This document shows positions 18,922 through 28,894 of a stretch of DNA of 64,000 nt, one piece after another. The stretch spans positions 14,765-78,764 of the forward strand of contig JBKDBG010000002.1 of NCBI GenBank assembly GCA_046314755.1, given 5' to 3'. The number at the start of each line of letters is the position of its first letter. Position 1 is the first letter of the stretch. Under the pieces are notes generated by a model, which made no database searches, was not told where the DNA came from, and worked only from the letters and a program-made list of their open reading frames with translations. This DNA is from Bacteroidota bacterium. Lineage in GTDB: Bacteria > Bacteroidota > Bacteroidia > UKL13-3. The position numbers and the translations under genes were made by a program.

Positions 18922-20513
18922 GAAGATTCGTACAACTTTTTCGAGAAATTGATACCACCACTAAAACAAACGAAAAAATTTCGGCAATGGTTCGGTACTT
19001 TGATGAGGTAAGCGATGAAGATAAACTTCATACCATTGCCTTATTTACCGGTCGTAATCCCAAACGAATTGTAAAAACAAACTTGCTAAAATTATGGGCT
19101 GCAGAGTTGGCACAAATTCCCTTCTGGTTGTTTGAAGAAGCCTATCATGTGGTTGGCGATTTATCTGAAACGATTAGTAATGTGCTGCCCGAAGGAAACG
19201 CTAATCATCAATATGGATTAAGTTATTGGATTGAACAATTGCAAGAAAAATTGCATGCAAGTGAGGATGATAAAAAAGCTTTCATTACGTCTACTTGGCT
19301 GCAAATGAATCGTGAGGAACGATTTGTGTTTAACAAACTTTCATCAGGCGCATTTCGCATGGGTGTTTCAACTAAGCTTATGGTAAAAGCACTTGCTAAA
19401 CATACCAAGTTGGATGAAAACCTACTGATGCATCGAATCATGGGAAATTGGACAACAGCCAATACCACGTTTCATGAACTCATTACCAATCATCACGTTC
19501 AAGATGATGATTCAAAACCTTATCCTTTTTATTTGGCTTATGCTTTAGAAGAGGAAAATGCCATAAGCAATAATTTAGCCGATTGGCAAATTGAATACAA
19601 ATGGGATGGTATACGTTGTCAGCTTATACATCGCTCGGGTGTATTGTTTTTGTGGAGCAGGGGAGAAGAGTTAATCACTTCTAATTTTCCCGAATTACAG
19701 GCTTTATTAAATCATTTACCTGAAGGAGTAGTAATTGATGGAGAACTCATCGGATACAAGAATGAATCCATTTTGTCATTTCAACATTTACAAACCCGCA
19801 TCAGCCGAAAAAAGGTAACCAACAAAACCATGCAGGATGTTCCGGTATGTATCATTGCATATGATTTATTGGAAATCAATGGAAAAGATATAAGGCATTT
19901 GCCATTGTTTGAACGTAGAAAAATGTTGGAAGAAATGGTAGCGGAAACATCTTCTGATTACGTGCAATTATCACCGTTAATTGAAGCTGACGATTGGAAT
20001 AAAGTGCAGCAATTTCGGGGCGATGCACGTTTGAAAAATGCGGAGGGTTTAATGCTTAAACATAAACTAAGTGCTTACGAAACCGGTAGAAAAAAGGGTT
20101 TTTGGTGGAAGTGGAAGTTAGATCCGTATACAGTTGATGCCGTGATGATTTATGCCATGCGCGGGCATGGAAGAAGAGCCAATTTGTACACCGATTATAC
20201 TTTTGCCGTTTGGAATGAATCAGGCGAATTGGTTCCATTTACAAAAGCATACAGCGGATTAACAGATAAGGAAATTGTAGAACTTGATGCTTGGATTAAA
20301 ACAAACACCATTGATAAATTTGGTCCGGTTAGAAGTGTGCATCCTGTGCAAGTTTTTGAAATTGCTTTTGAAGGCATTAATTATTCAACCCGACATAAAT
20401 CGGGAGTGGCCTTGCGTTTTCCGCGTATACTGCGTTGGCGTAAAGATAAGCCTGCACAAGAAGCCGATACGCTGAGTAATTTAAAACAGCTGATTATTTC
20501 ACCGGAAGCATAA
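18918..20513 (+). CDS. ATP-dependent DNA ligase
   Basis: 531 aa. Adenylation motif I EYKWDGIR, plus DGELI and LMLK motifs and a C-terminal OB-fold-like region (FPRILRWRKDK). Confidence 0.85.
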   Translation: MRRFVQLFREIDTTTKTNEKISAMVRYFDEVSDEDKLHTIALFTGRNPKRIVKTNLLKLWAAELAQIPFWLFEEAYHVVGDLSETISNVLPEGNANHQYGLSYWIEQLQEKLHASEDDKKAFITSTWLQMNREERFVFNKLSSGAFRMGVSTKLMVKALAKHTKLDENLLMHRIMGNWTTANTTFHELITNHHVQDDDSKPYPFYLAYALEEENAISNNLADWQIEYKWDGIRCQLIHRSGVLFLWSRGEELITSNFPELQALLNHLPEGVVIDGELIGYKNESILSFQHLQTRISRKKVTNKTMQDVPVCIIAYDLLEINGKDIRHLPLFERRKMLEEMVAETSSDYVQLSPLIEADDWNKVQQFRGDARLKNAEGLMLKHKLSAYETGRKKGFWWKWKLDPYTVDAVMIYAMRGHGRRANLYTDYTFAVWNESGELVPFTKAYSGLTDKEIVELDAWIKTNTIDKFGPVRSVHPVQVFEIAFEGINYSTRHKSGVALRFPRILRWRKDKPAQEADTLSNLKQLIISPEA

Positions 20514-20546
20514 AAAAAATGACCACCTGAAAGTGGTCATTTTCTT
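20512..20546. terminator. bidirectional terminator (ligase / clpX)
   Basis: AAAAAAAA-TGACCAC-ctgaaa-GTGGTCA-TTTTC. Confidence 0.75.
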
Positions 20547-20568
20547 GTATGTGTAATAAAAATGATGC

Positions 20569-21810
20569 TTAGGCTGCTTTTAAATTTTTAAACTTCAATA
20601 CATTCAATTTGGCCTTTGCAGATTCAATCGAAATGGTGAGTTCAGTTTGATTTTTATTGGATGGTGCATCATACATGTAATCCAACATAATGGTTTCGCA
20701 AATGCTGCGCAAACCTCTTGCCCCTAATTTTAATTCAACCGCAGTATCAACAATCAGGTTAATAATATCATCCGTAATATGAAGTTTGATATTTTCTAAC
20801 TCAAACATCTTCATATATTGTTTGATCAATGCGTTTTTCGGTTCAATCAAAATTCGATACAAGGCTTCTCTGTCCAGCGGATTTAAATGACATAACACCG
20901 GTAAGCGACCAATAATTTCAGGAATTAAACCAAAACTTCTTATATCAGCGGCAGATACGTATTGCAAATAATTTTGCTCATCAGCTTTCACGCCACCTTT
21001 TGATTTAAATCCAATGGCTTGGCTTTGTAATCTGCGAGCAATCATTTTATCAATACCTTCAAATGCACCACCGCAGATAAACAAAATGTTTTCAGTGTTA
21101 ATCTGAATCATTTTTTGATCGGGGTGTTTTCTTCCACCTTGTGGAGGTACATTAGCAGTTGTTCCTTCCAATATTTTTAACAAGGCTTGTTGTACACCTT
21201 CACCACTTACATCACGTGTAATACTTGGGTTATCGCTCTTACGGCTAATCTTGTCGATTTCATCAATATAAATAATACCACGCTCAGCTGAGGCTACATC
21301 ATAATTAGCGGCTTGCAACAAACGGGTTAATACACTCTCCACATCTTCTCCAACATATCCAGCTTCGGTAAGCACGGTGGCATCGGCAATACAAAATGGT
21401 ACGTGTAATAGTTTAGCCAACGTTTTCGCCAATAATGTTTTTCCTGTTCCGGTTTCACCAATCAACAAAATGTTTGATTTTTCAATTTCAACATCGGCAG
21501 TTTTGTTTTTATGCATTAAGCGTTTGTAGTGATTATACACGGCAACACTTAACACTTTTTTCGCTTCATCCTGCCCAATTACATACTGGTCGAGGTGTTT
21601 TTTTATTTCGGCAGGTTTTAGCAATTTCCCTGCTGTTTCAAATCCGGTTGCTTTGCTGCTGCGGGCCACCGCTTGATCTTCGTTAATAATTTTATACGCT
21701 TGATCAACACAGTTTTCGCATATCAATGCATCAAGGCCTGAAATTAAATATTGGGTTTCGCTTTTTGGCCTTCCGCAAAATGAACAGATATCTTCTTTTT
21801 TCTTACTCAT
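20569..21810 (-). CDS. clpX: ATP-dependent Clp protease ATP-binding subunit ClpX
   Basis: 413 aa. N-terminal zinc ribbon CSFCGR..CENC, Walker A GETGTGKT, Walker [10 protein letters not shown]. Confidence 0.95.
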   Translation of the reverse strand: MSKKKEDICSFCGRPKSETQYLISGLDALICENCVDQAYKIINEDQAVARSSKATGFETAGKLLKPAEIKKHLDQYVIGQDEAKKVLSVAVYNHYKRLMHKNKTADVEIEKSNILLIGETGTGKTLLAKTLAKLLHVPFCIADATVLTEAGYVGEDVESVLTRLLQAANYDVASAERGIIYIDEIDKISRKSDNPSITRDVSGEGVQQALLKILEGTTANVPPQGGRKHPDQKMIQINTENILFICGGAFEGIDKMIARRLQSQAIGFKSKGGVKADEQNYLQYVSAADIRSFGLIPEIIGRLPVLCHLNPLDREALYRILIEPKNALIKQYMKMFELENIKLHITDDIINLIVDTAVELKLGARGLRSICETIMLDYMYDAPSNKNQTELTISIESAKAKLNVLKFKNLKAA

Positions 21811-21827
21811 GCAATTGCAAATATCTG

Positions 21828-21867
21828 TAAAAAAAACAAGCTAACCACGTATCCCATGATTAGCTTG
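21828..21867 (-). terminator. hairpin plus T-run between clpP and clpX (terminator/attenuator)
   Basis: On the minus strand, CAAGCTAA-..15 nt..-TTAGCTTG is followed by TTTTTTTT. Confidence 0.55.
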
Positions 21868-21889
21868 TGTATTTCTGTTAAATATCAGT

Positions 21890-22573
21890 TTAGTGTTCCT
21901 TTTTTACTTTGATTAATACATCATCAATCATTCCGTAATCTTTAGCTTCTTGGGCGGTCATCCAGTAATCGCGGTCGCTGTCTCTTTCAACTTTATCAAA
22001 CTCTTGCCCACTGTGCGTAGCAATAATATCGTACAATTCTTTTTTCAATTTCTGAATTTCACGAGCTGTAATTTCAATATCACTGGCCTGGCCTTGTGCT
22101 CCGCCAAGTGGTTGGTGAATCATAATACGTGCATGTGGTAAGGCGGTACGTTTTCCTTTTGCTCCGGCACATTGTAATACGGCACCCATACTTGCAGCCA
22201 AGCCGGTACAAATGGTAGCAACATCAGGGTTAATCCATTGCATGGTATCATAAATTCCTAATCCGGCATACACGCTTCCTCCTGGTGAGTTAATGTACAT
22301 TTGTACATCTCTTCTGGCATCCATGGAGTCAAGAAATAATAACTGTGCTTGAACAATATTGGCCACATAATCATCAATAGGCATGCCTAAGAAAATGATT
22401 CTATCCGCCATTAATCTTGAGAAAACGTCAATCTCCCTAAAATTCATCGGACGTTCCTCAATTACTGTGCGCGTCATGTTTTCAACTGAACTTTCTAAAT
22501 AAGCATCAACCGCAATTGAGCTTATTCCTTTATGCTTAACGGCATATTTTCTGAATTCTTTTCCGAAATCCAT
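21890..22573 (-). CDS. clpP: ATP-dependent Clp protease proteolytic subunit ClpP
   Basis: 227 aa. GLAASMGA (catalytic Ser), IMIHQPLGG (His) and DRDYWM (Asp). Confidence 0.95.
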   Translation of the reverse strand: MDFGKEFRKYAVKHKGISSIAVDAYLESSVENMTRTVIEERPMNFREIDVFSRLMADRIIFLGMPIDDYVANIVQAQLLFLDSMDARRDVQMYINSPGGSVYAGLGIYDTMQWINPDVATICTGLAASMGAVLQCAGAKGKRTALPHARIMIHQPLGGAQGQASDIEITAREIQKLKKELYDIIATHSGQEFDKVERDSDRDYWMTAQEAKDYGMIDDVLIKVKKEH

Positions 22574-22731
22574 AGTTAAAGTGGTTTTTAGTGCAATTTA
22601 TAAAGATGATTGATACTTGCAAGTGTTATACCAATTGATTTTACTGACATATTGCATTAACCTAAATCGGTGAGTTGTGTGATTAAGCAGGTTATTACAA
22701 TTTTCAATGCCAAATCACTGCCAAAAAAGCA

Positions 22732-22764
22732 AAAAAAGACGCAATGGTTGTCGCGTCTTTTTTG
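22732..22764 (-). terminator. terminator after tig
   Basis: AAAAAAA-GACGC-aatggttgtc-GCGTC-TTTTTT. It is near-identical in sequence to the hairpin at 32923..32955. Confidence 0.7.
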
Positions 22765-22786
22765 AGAGGGAATATATTAATCAATA

Positions 22787-24163
22787 TTAATGGTGGTGTT
22801 CTTCGTTGTGTTTTGCAACAACTTTGAAAAACTCCTCTGAGTCAATTTCTTGCTCTTTGATGCTTACTTTACTTTTGATTACATCACGTACTTTTTGTGA
22901 TACAGCGAGGTTAATCATACGGCTGCGGTAATCTTCTTTTTGCATGCTAGGCTCAATAATACGCTCTAACATTTCATCATTAAGTCCGCTAGTGCCATAC
23001 GCACCAAACATGCTTTTGGTATAGTTAATGGCTGCTTGTTTAATATCAGCTTCTTCTACTTTCACACCCGCTTCAGTTAATACCTTCTCTTCAAAAATGT
23101 GATTTCTTAAGTATTTTGCTTCTGCAGCATAGCTGTCATCAACATTCTCCGTTGTAAATTTATCGGCATGGCGATCAATTAACCAACGCTTTAAAAAGGC
23201 ATCAGGAAGTTCTATATTTTGTTTTGCAACTAAACTGTCAAGCATTTCGTGTTCCAATAAATGGTCGGCTTGGCCGCTGAAATATGTTTCAAGTTCAGCT
23301 TTGATTTTTTCTCTTAACTCCTCTAAGGAATTAACCACACCCGGTCCATAAGCTTGGTCAAATAAATCTTGGTTTAATTCAGCCTTTTCGTTGCGTTTAA
23401 TTTCTTTTACTGTAACCCTGAAGTTTTTGTTGATATCAGCAACGGTAAGCTTGTTTATTCCTAACGCGTGTGAAATTTCAGTTTGGTTATTATCGAATAA
23501 ATCAAATACGTTTACATCAAATGATTTACCTTTAGTTGAACCTAAAAATTCATTCTTAATGGCTTCATTTTTTACACTTTGAATAAGTACCGGTGTTGAA
23601 TCAGAATAAACTCCGCCTTCAATTACATTACCTTCTTCATCCAACTCGGCCATTGAAGTATAAACAATATCATTTTCTGTTCCGGTTTCAACCTCAATCA
23701 ACTGGCCCGAACGTCTTTGTAAGCGGTCAATCTCTTCATCAATTTCTTTTTCGCTGACTGCTACTTTGTATTTTGTAAAAACATCTTTATCCGATACATT
23801 CAAGGTAAACTCTGGCGCCAAACCTACATCAAATTTAAACGTGTAATCAGCACCTTTTGTTAATTCATCAATTTTGGTGTCCTCAGTTAACACAGGCTGG
23901 CCAAGTATGTTTAATTTTTGTTCATCAATGTAGTCGAATAAACTACGACTTGCAGTGGTATTTACGGCTTCAAGTAAAAGCGTTGTACCATACATTTTTT
24001 CAATCATACCGCGAGGCACCATTCCTGATCTAAATCCCGGAACATTGGCACGTTTTTGATACTCTTTAATTTTTTTCTCCAAATCAGGCATGTAATCTGT
24101 GCTGCTGATGCTTACTGAAATGGTGCCATTCAAGGCGTCTTTCTTATCAAATGTAACGTTCAT
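22787..24163 (-). CDS. tig: trigger factor
   Basis: 458 aa. N-terminal ribosome-binding signature PGFRSGMVP. It sits upstream of clpP-clpX, as is usual. Confidence 0.9.
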   Translation of the reverse strand: MNVTFDKKDALNGTISVSISSTDYMPDLEKKIKEYQKRANVPGFRSGMVPRGMIEKMYGTTLLLEAVNTTASRSLFDYIDEQKLNILGQPVLTEDTKIDELTKGADYTFKFDVGLAPEFTLNVSDKDVFTKYKVAVSEKEIDEEIDRLQRRSGQLIEVETGTENDIVYTSMAELDEEGNVIEGGVYSDSTPVLIQSVKNEAIKNEFLGSTKGKSFDVNVFDLFDNNQTEISHALGINKLTVADINKNFRVTVKEIKRNEKAELNQDLFDQAYGPGVVNSLEELREKIKAELETYFSGQADHLLEHEMLDSLVAKQNIELPDAFLKRWLIDRHADKFTTENVDDSYAAEAKYLRNHIFEEKVLTEAGVKVEEADIKQAAINYTKSMFGAYGTSGLNDEMLERIIEPSMQKEDYRSRMINLAVSQKVRDVIKSKVSIKEQEIDSEEFFKVVAKHNEEHHH

Positions 24164-24184
24164 ATTCGTTATGGTGTATTAAGC

Positions 24185-24217
24185 AAAAAAAGACTGATTT
24201 GAAGGTCAGTCTTTTTT
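24185..24217 (-). terminator. terminator after tRNA-Leu
   Basis: AGACTGA-tttgaagg-TCAGTCT with flanking A and T runs. Confidence 0.75.
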
Positions 24218-24230
24218 GCTGATGTTGTTG

Positions 24231-24312
24231 TGCGCATGGAGGGACTCGAACCCCCACGCCTTTCGGCACCAGATCCTAAGTCTGGCACGGCTACCAATTA
24301 CGCCACATGCGC
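24231..24312 (-). tRNA. tRNA-Leu (anticodon UAG)
   Basis: The reverse complement folds as a class II tRNA. Acceptor GCGCATG/CATGCGC plus discriminator A, anticodon stem CCAGA/TCTGG with loop CTTAGGA, long variable arm GCC-GAAA-GGC, and T arm GGGGG-TTCGAGT-CCCTC. No encoded CCA. Confidence 0.9.
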
Positions 24313-24403
24313 CTTTGTTTGTTTTTATTCCCTGAGTTACCTTTCGGCTACTCCCGCGCTGCGGGATTGTTCAACTAGTTGCTTTCAACAACAGTTTCAC
24401 GAA

Positions 24404-24421
24404 CAATTACGCCACATGCGC
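24404..24421 (-). repeat. exact 18-nt copy of the 5' end of tRNA-Leu
   Basis: caattacgccacatgcgc at 24404..24421 is identical to 24295..24312 (tRNA positions 1-18 on the minus strand). Confidence 0.95.
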
Positions 24422-24669
24422 ATTTTTGTGGCAAGTAATTGAACTTAGTATGTTTTGTTCTATCAATCAGTAATTTAAAACCAAGGTTTTATTTTCTGCT
24501 AATTTACTTGCCTTAAAAAGGACTGCAAATGTAAATTTTAAAATTTGGATTGCAAATTTTTTTACAGCCTTTGTCTTCTTACACCATGCTATTCACAAGT
24601 AACCATGTTTATTTTAGCTGTAAAGCTCAATTTAAATCTCTAATTTCGCCTATTCCCCGACATATTTAT

Positions 24670-26898
24670 ATGCAATACGTAATAGACACTGACAAGGAAA
24701 ATAAAGAAATAGTTAAAGCATACCGTAATGTTATTAAAGCGTGTAAACGTAATCTTGATAACAACGATCGAAAACAAATTCGTAAGGCTTTTGAAATGGC
24801 ATTGGATGCCCATAAAACCATGCGAAGAAAATCAGGGGAGCCTTACATTTTACATCCGTTGGCTGTAGCCCAAATTTGTGGCGAGGAAATAGGTTTGGGG
24901 GCAACTTCTATCATTTGTGCTTTGTTGCACGATGTGGTAGAAGATACCAACATTACCTTGGATGTGATTGAGTTGAATTTTGGTTCTAAAGTTTCTCGAA
25001 TTATTGACGGACTCACAAAAATTTCAGGTGTTTTTGAACAACAAGATAAATCCATTCAAGCTGAAAATTTTAAAAAGTTATTACTTACCCTGAGTGATGA
25101 TGTTCGGGTGATTTTAATTAAACTGGCCGATAGGCTGCACAATATGCGAACGCTGGATTCAATGAGTCCGAAATCGCAGTTGAAAATTGCTTCTGAAACA
25201 CATTATGTTTATGCACCGCTGGCTCACAGGCTTGGTTTATATGCCATAAAAACGGAGTTGGAAGATTTGGCCACCAAATATTTGGAGCCGGAAAAGTACA
25301 ATTTTGTTAAACATAAATTACAAGAAACTAAAGCCCAACGTAATCGATACATCAAACAATTTATTGAACCTTTGGTGGAAGAGTTGGATCAAGAAGGGTT
25401 CAAGTATGAAATCAAGGGTCGTCCTAAATCCATTCACTCCATCCTCAATAAAATGAAAAAACAAAACATACCTTTTGAAGAAGTGTATGATTTGTTTGCC
25501 ATAAGAATTATTGTTGATTCGGAGTATGAAGATGAAAAGGCAGATTGTTGGCGGGTTTATTCTATCGTTACCAATCATTACAGGCCAAACCCAGATAGGT
25601 TAAGAGATTGGATTAGTACGCCCAAAGCCAATGGTTACGAAAGTTTGCACACCACGGTAATGGGGCAAAAAGGGAAGTGGGTTGAAGTGCAAATACGCAC
25701 CCGCAGAATGGATGAAATAGCCGAGAAAGGTTACGCTGCCCATTGGAAATATAAAGATGCCAATACCAAACAAGATATTGGATTGGAAGAATGGCTGGCA
25801 CGTGTGCGTGAAATCTTGGAAAATCCGGAACAAAATGCTCTCGACTTTCTGGATGATTTTAAAATGAATTTCTTCGCAGAAGAAATTTTTGTATTTACTC
25901 CTAAAGGTGATTTACGCAAGTTGCCTCTAAATGCTACCGTGCTCGATTTTGCATTCGATTTGCATACCCAAATTGGCGAACGTTGCATAGGCGGAAAAGT
26001 AAACAATAAATTGGTGCCGCTTAATCATACTTTACTTAATGGGGATCAGGTTGAAATATTAACCTCAACCAAACAAACACCCAAAGAAGAGTGGCTCAAT
26101 TTTGCGGTTACTGCTAAAGCCAAAAGTAAAATACGCGATTGGCAGAAACAGGTTAAAATGCGTGCCTCAGCCATGGGAAAAGAAATATTGGAACGTAAGT
26201 TTACCCAAGAAAAAATTCCTTTTACCAGTGAGGCCTTACAAGATATCATCTACTATTTTCACTTACCAACCGTAAGTGATTTATACGCCAACTTAGCCGA
26301 AGAGAAGTTAGATAAAACCAAATTACATATTGCTGAAATATTGGAGCAAGTCAAAAAACAAAGGCTTGAACACCAGCAAGAGGTTAAACAACTAAAAGAG
26401 GCTAAAGCCAATAACAAAGAGCAAGCCGCTATTCCAAAAGATGGGGTAATTATTGGCGATGATACCGATTTGCCGTACAGCTTTAGTAAGTGCTGCAGCC
26501 CGATTCCGGGTGATGAAATTTTTGGTTTTATTACGGTTGGTGAAGGGGTTAAAATACACCGTACCAATTGCAGTAACGCCATTAGTTTAATGAGTAACTA
26601 CGGCTACCGTGTAATTAAAGCCAAATGGGCCAACCAGGTGTTTGATAAGGCACGTGCTTTTACCACACAAATAAAAGTGCAAGGTATTGATAGTGTGGGT
26701 ATCGTAAGTATTATTACAGATATCATCAGTAAGCAACTTCAAATTAATATGCATGCTATTCAAATTGGTTCAAAAAACGGCATGTTTGAAGGAAACATTG
26801 AGTTGGAAGTACACGATACCAAACAATTGGAGGAGCTGATGAATAAAATAAAAGCGGCTAGTCCGTTAATTAAAGTTAGCAGAGAAGATATTTTATAA
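24670..26898 (+). CDS. bifunctional RelA/SpoT-homologue (p)ppGpp synthetase/hydrolase
   Basis: The ORF track starts at 24550 with 40 unconserved residues. The ATG at 24670 (MQYVIDTDKE) is the likely start. It has an HD hydrolase domain (LLHDVVEDT), a synthetase domain (RPKSIHSILNKM, DLFAIRIIV), then TGS and ACT-like C-terminal domains. Confidence 0.9.
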   Translation: MQYVIDTDKENKEIVKAYRNVIKACKRNLDNNDRKQIRKAFEMALDAHKTMRRKSGEPYILHPLAVAQICGEEIGLGATSIICALLHDVVEDTNITLDVIELNFGSKVSRIIDGLTKISGVFEQQDKSIQAENFKKLLLTLSDDVRVILIKLADRLHNMRTLDSMSPKSQLKIASETHYVYAPLAHRLGLYAIKTELEDLATKYLEPEKYNFVKHKLQETKAQRNRYIKQFIEPLVEELDQEGFKYEIKGRPKSIHSILNKMKKQNIPFEEVYDLFAIRIIVDSEYEDEKADCWRVYSIVTNHYRPNPDRLRDWISTPKANGYESLHTTVMGQKGKWVEVQIRTRRMDEIAEKGYAAHWKYKDANTKQDIGLEEWLARVREILENPEQNALDFLDDFKMNFFAEEIFVFTPKGDLRKLPLNATVLDFAFDLHTQIGERCIGGKVNNKLVPLNHTLLNGDQVEILTSTKQTPKEEWLNFAVTAKAKSKIRDWQKQVKMRASAMGKEILERKFTQEKIPFTSEALQDIIYYFHLPTVSDLYANLAEEKLDKTKLHIAEILEQVKKQRLEHQQEVKQLKEAKANNKEQAAIPKDGVIIGDDTDLPYSFSKCCSPIPGDEIFGFITVGEGVKIHRTNCSNAISLMSNYGYRVIKAKWANQVFDKARAFTTQIKVQGIDSVGIVSIITDIISKQLQINMHAIQIGSKNGMFEGNIELEVHDTKQLEELMNKIKAASPLIKVSREDIL

Positions 26899-27010
26899 TT
26901 TGAAAGCTTGAAATGGCGGCAAATTGACATGAAGTTATTCCCATCTTATGCACGTTTTTTTTTAATTCGTTAATCAAGGCTTATTTTGCATGCTCGAAGC
27001 AAGAATTATT

Positions 27011-27496
27011 ATGCAATCAAGTCAGACCGCTGATCAGATTAAGGATGAAGTAAAAAAACTGTTTGTTTCTTTTTTAGAGCAAAAACAACAGCGTAAAACG
27101 CCTGAACGTTTTGCTATTTTAGATGAAATTTACAGTAACAGAGAGCACTTTGATGTGGAAACCTTGTACGTTCAAATGAAAAACAGAAACTACAGGGTAA
27201 GCCGTGCCACTGTTTATAATACCCTTGATTTATTGTTAGAAGCAGGCCTGGTTACCAAACATCAGTTCGGAAAAAATTTGGCTTTGTATGAAGGTGCTTA
27301 CGGTTACCGCCAGCACGATCATTTGATTTGCAACCACTGTAATAAAATATTGGAGTTTTGTGATCCGCGCATTCAGCAAATAAAAAGTATGATGGGCGAA
27401 TTGCTCGATTTTACGGTTACCGAACATTCTTTGCATTTATTTGGAAATCCAAAAACAAAAGACGGAAAGTGTACCACTTGTAAAAAAAGTGTGTAG
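27011..27496 (+). CDS. Fur family transcriptional regulator
   Basis: About 161 aa (an alternative start is at 26990). Winged-helix segment [22 protein letters not shown] metal site and a C-terminal CTTC pair. Confidence 0.8.
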   Translation: MQSSQTADQIKDEVKKLFVSFLEQKQQRKTPERFAILDEIYSNREHFDVETLYVQMKNRNYRVSRATVYNTLDLLLEAGLVTKHQFGKNLALYEGAYGYRQHDHLICNHCNKILEFCDPRIQQIKSMMGELLDFTVTEHSLHLFGNPKTKDGKCTTCKKSV

Positions 27497-27525
27497 GCTT
27501 TTTTGAATAATGAAAAAATAAAAAC

Positions 27526-28788
27526 ATGATTGACGTTGTATTAGGCCTCCAATGGGGCGATGAAGGAAAAGGGAAAATTGTTGATGTATTAACCCCGCAA
27601 TATGATGTGGTGGCCCGTTTTCAAGGCGGCCCCAATGCCGGACACTCGCTTGAGTTTAACGGACAAAAGCATGTGTTAAACACCATTCCATCCGGAATAT
27701 TTCATCAGCATACCATAAACATTATTGGCAATGGTGTGGTAATTGATCCGGTTACTTTAAAAAAAGAAATTGAAAAGGTAATGGCTTCCGGAGTTGATCC
27801 GCGAAAAAATTTATTCATCTCACAAAAAGCACATTTAATTTTACCTACGCACCGTTTGGTTGATGCAGCCAGCGAAGCGCACAAGGGCGAGCACAAAATT
27901 GGTTCAACCTTAAGAGGCATTAGTCCAACTTATCAAGATAAAATTGGTCGCACCGGTTTACGAGTGGGCGATATCATCACACCAAATTTTAAACAAAAGT
28001 ACGAGGCTGCTGTAGCCAATCACAAGCAATTGTTAGATAGGTTCAATTTTACTTACAACCTTGCCGAACATGAACCTGCATTTTTTGAAGCGGTTGAGTT
28101 TTTAAAACAATTTCAAATCATCAGTTCGGAATATTTTTTAAACCAATTGATGAGTGAAGGAAAAAAGGTTTTGGCAGAAGGTGCGCAAGGAACGTTATTG
28201 GATATTGATTTTGGTACCTATCCTTTTGTTACTTCATCAAACACCATAACAGGTGGTGTGTGCAGTGGTTTAGGAGTGGCTCCTCAAAAAATTAATAAAG
28301 TGTATGGTATTTTTAAAGCCTATTGCACAAGGGTAGGAAGTGGTCCGTTTCCAACTGAATTGCATGATGAGGTTGGCGAACAATTGCGCAAACAAGGTTT
28401 TGAGTTTGGTGCCACTACCGGCCGACCACGCAGAACCGGATGGCTTGATTTGCCAACCTTAAAATATTCCATTATGCTTAATGGTGTAACTGATTTAATA
28501 TGTACCAAAAGTGATGTATTAAGCGGTTTTGAGCAAGTGCCTGTTTGTGATGCGTATGATATTGACGGAACTACGGTAACCGAAATACCTTTTAACTTTA
28601 ATGATGCCCCGATTAAACCATTGTTTAAACACTTTGCAGGTTGGAGTGAAGATTTAACAGGTATAAAAACGTATGATGCTTTGCCTGCTTCATTTAAGGC
28701 ATACATGAGTTACATTGAATCGCAGGTAGGTTTACCTTTAAGTGTAATATCGGTTGGGCCGGATAGGGAACAAACGATTATGAAATAA
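27526..28788 (+). CDS. purA: adenylosuccinate synthase
   Basis: 420 aa with the canonical N-terminus VVLGLQWGDEGKGKIVD, plus GPNAGH and GTTGRG-like (GATTGRPRR) motifs. Confidence 0.95.
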   Translation: MIDVVLGLQWGDEGKGKIVDVLTPQYDVVARFQGGPNAGHSLEFNGQKHVLNTIPSGIFHQHTINIIGNGVVIDPVTLKKEIEKVMASGVDPRKNLFISQKAHLILPTHRLVDAASEAHKGEHKIGSTLRGISPTYQDKIGRTGLRVGDIITPNFKQKYEAAVANHKQLLDRFNFTYNLAEHEPAFFEAVEFLKQFQIISSEYFLNQLMSEGKKVLAEGAQGTLLDIDFGTYPFVTSSNTITGGVCSGLGVAPQKINKVYGIFKAYCTRVGSGPFPTELHDEVGEQLRKQGFEFGATTGRPRRTGWLDLPTLKYSIMLNGVTDLICTKSDVLSGFEQVPVCDAYDIDGTTVTEIPFNFNDAPIKPLFKHFAGWSEDLTGIKTYDALPASFKAYMSYIESQVGLPLSVISVGPDREQTIMK

Positions 28789-28854
28789 AAATGGTTGGCT
28801 TTTCTGGGGAAATAAATAAAATACACTGAGTATTTGACAATTGAATATAAGGAT

Positions 28855-28890
28855 AAAAGAGGCTGTCGAGAATTAACGACAGCCTCTTTT
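28855..28890. terminator. bidirectional terminator (purA / A1)
   Basis: AGAGGCTGTCG-agaattaa-CGACAGCCTCT followed by TTT. Confidence 0.8.
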
Positions 28891-28894
28891 GCTT

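Noticed and set aside
24231-24421. An integrated element at tRNA-Leu, suggested by the 18-nt direct repeat.
   Set aside because: The repeats are only 91 nt apart. No integrase or cargo lies between or beside them. The duplicated part is the 5' end of the tRNA, not the 3' end usually used as att.
24230-24442. 70-aa plus-strand ORF in the track.
   Set aside because: It lies antisense over tRNA-Leu and its upstream spacer. The tRNA fold explains the conservation-like appearance.
24550-24669. N-terminal 40-codon extension of the RSH gene, and likewise 3083..3133 for the flavin reductase-like gene.
   Set aside because: The extensions are unconserved-looking, begin at non-optimal positions, or overlap the upstream gene (52 nt into ftsE). 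Internal ATGs give canonical N-termini.
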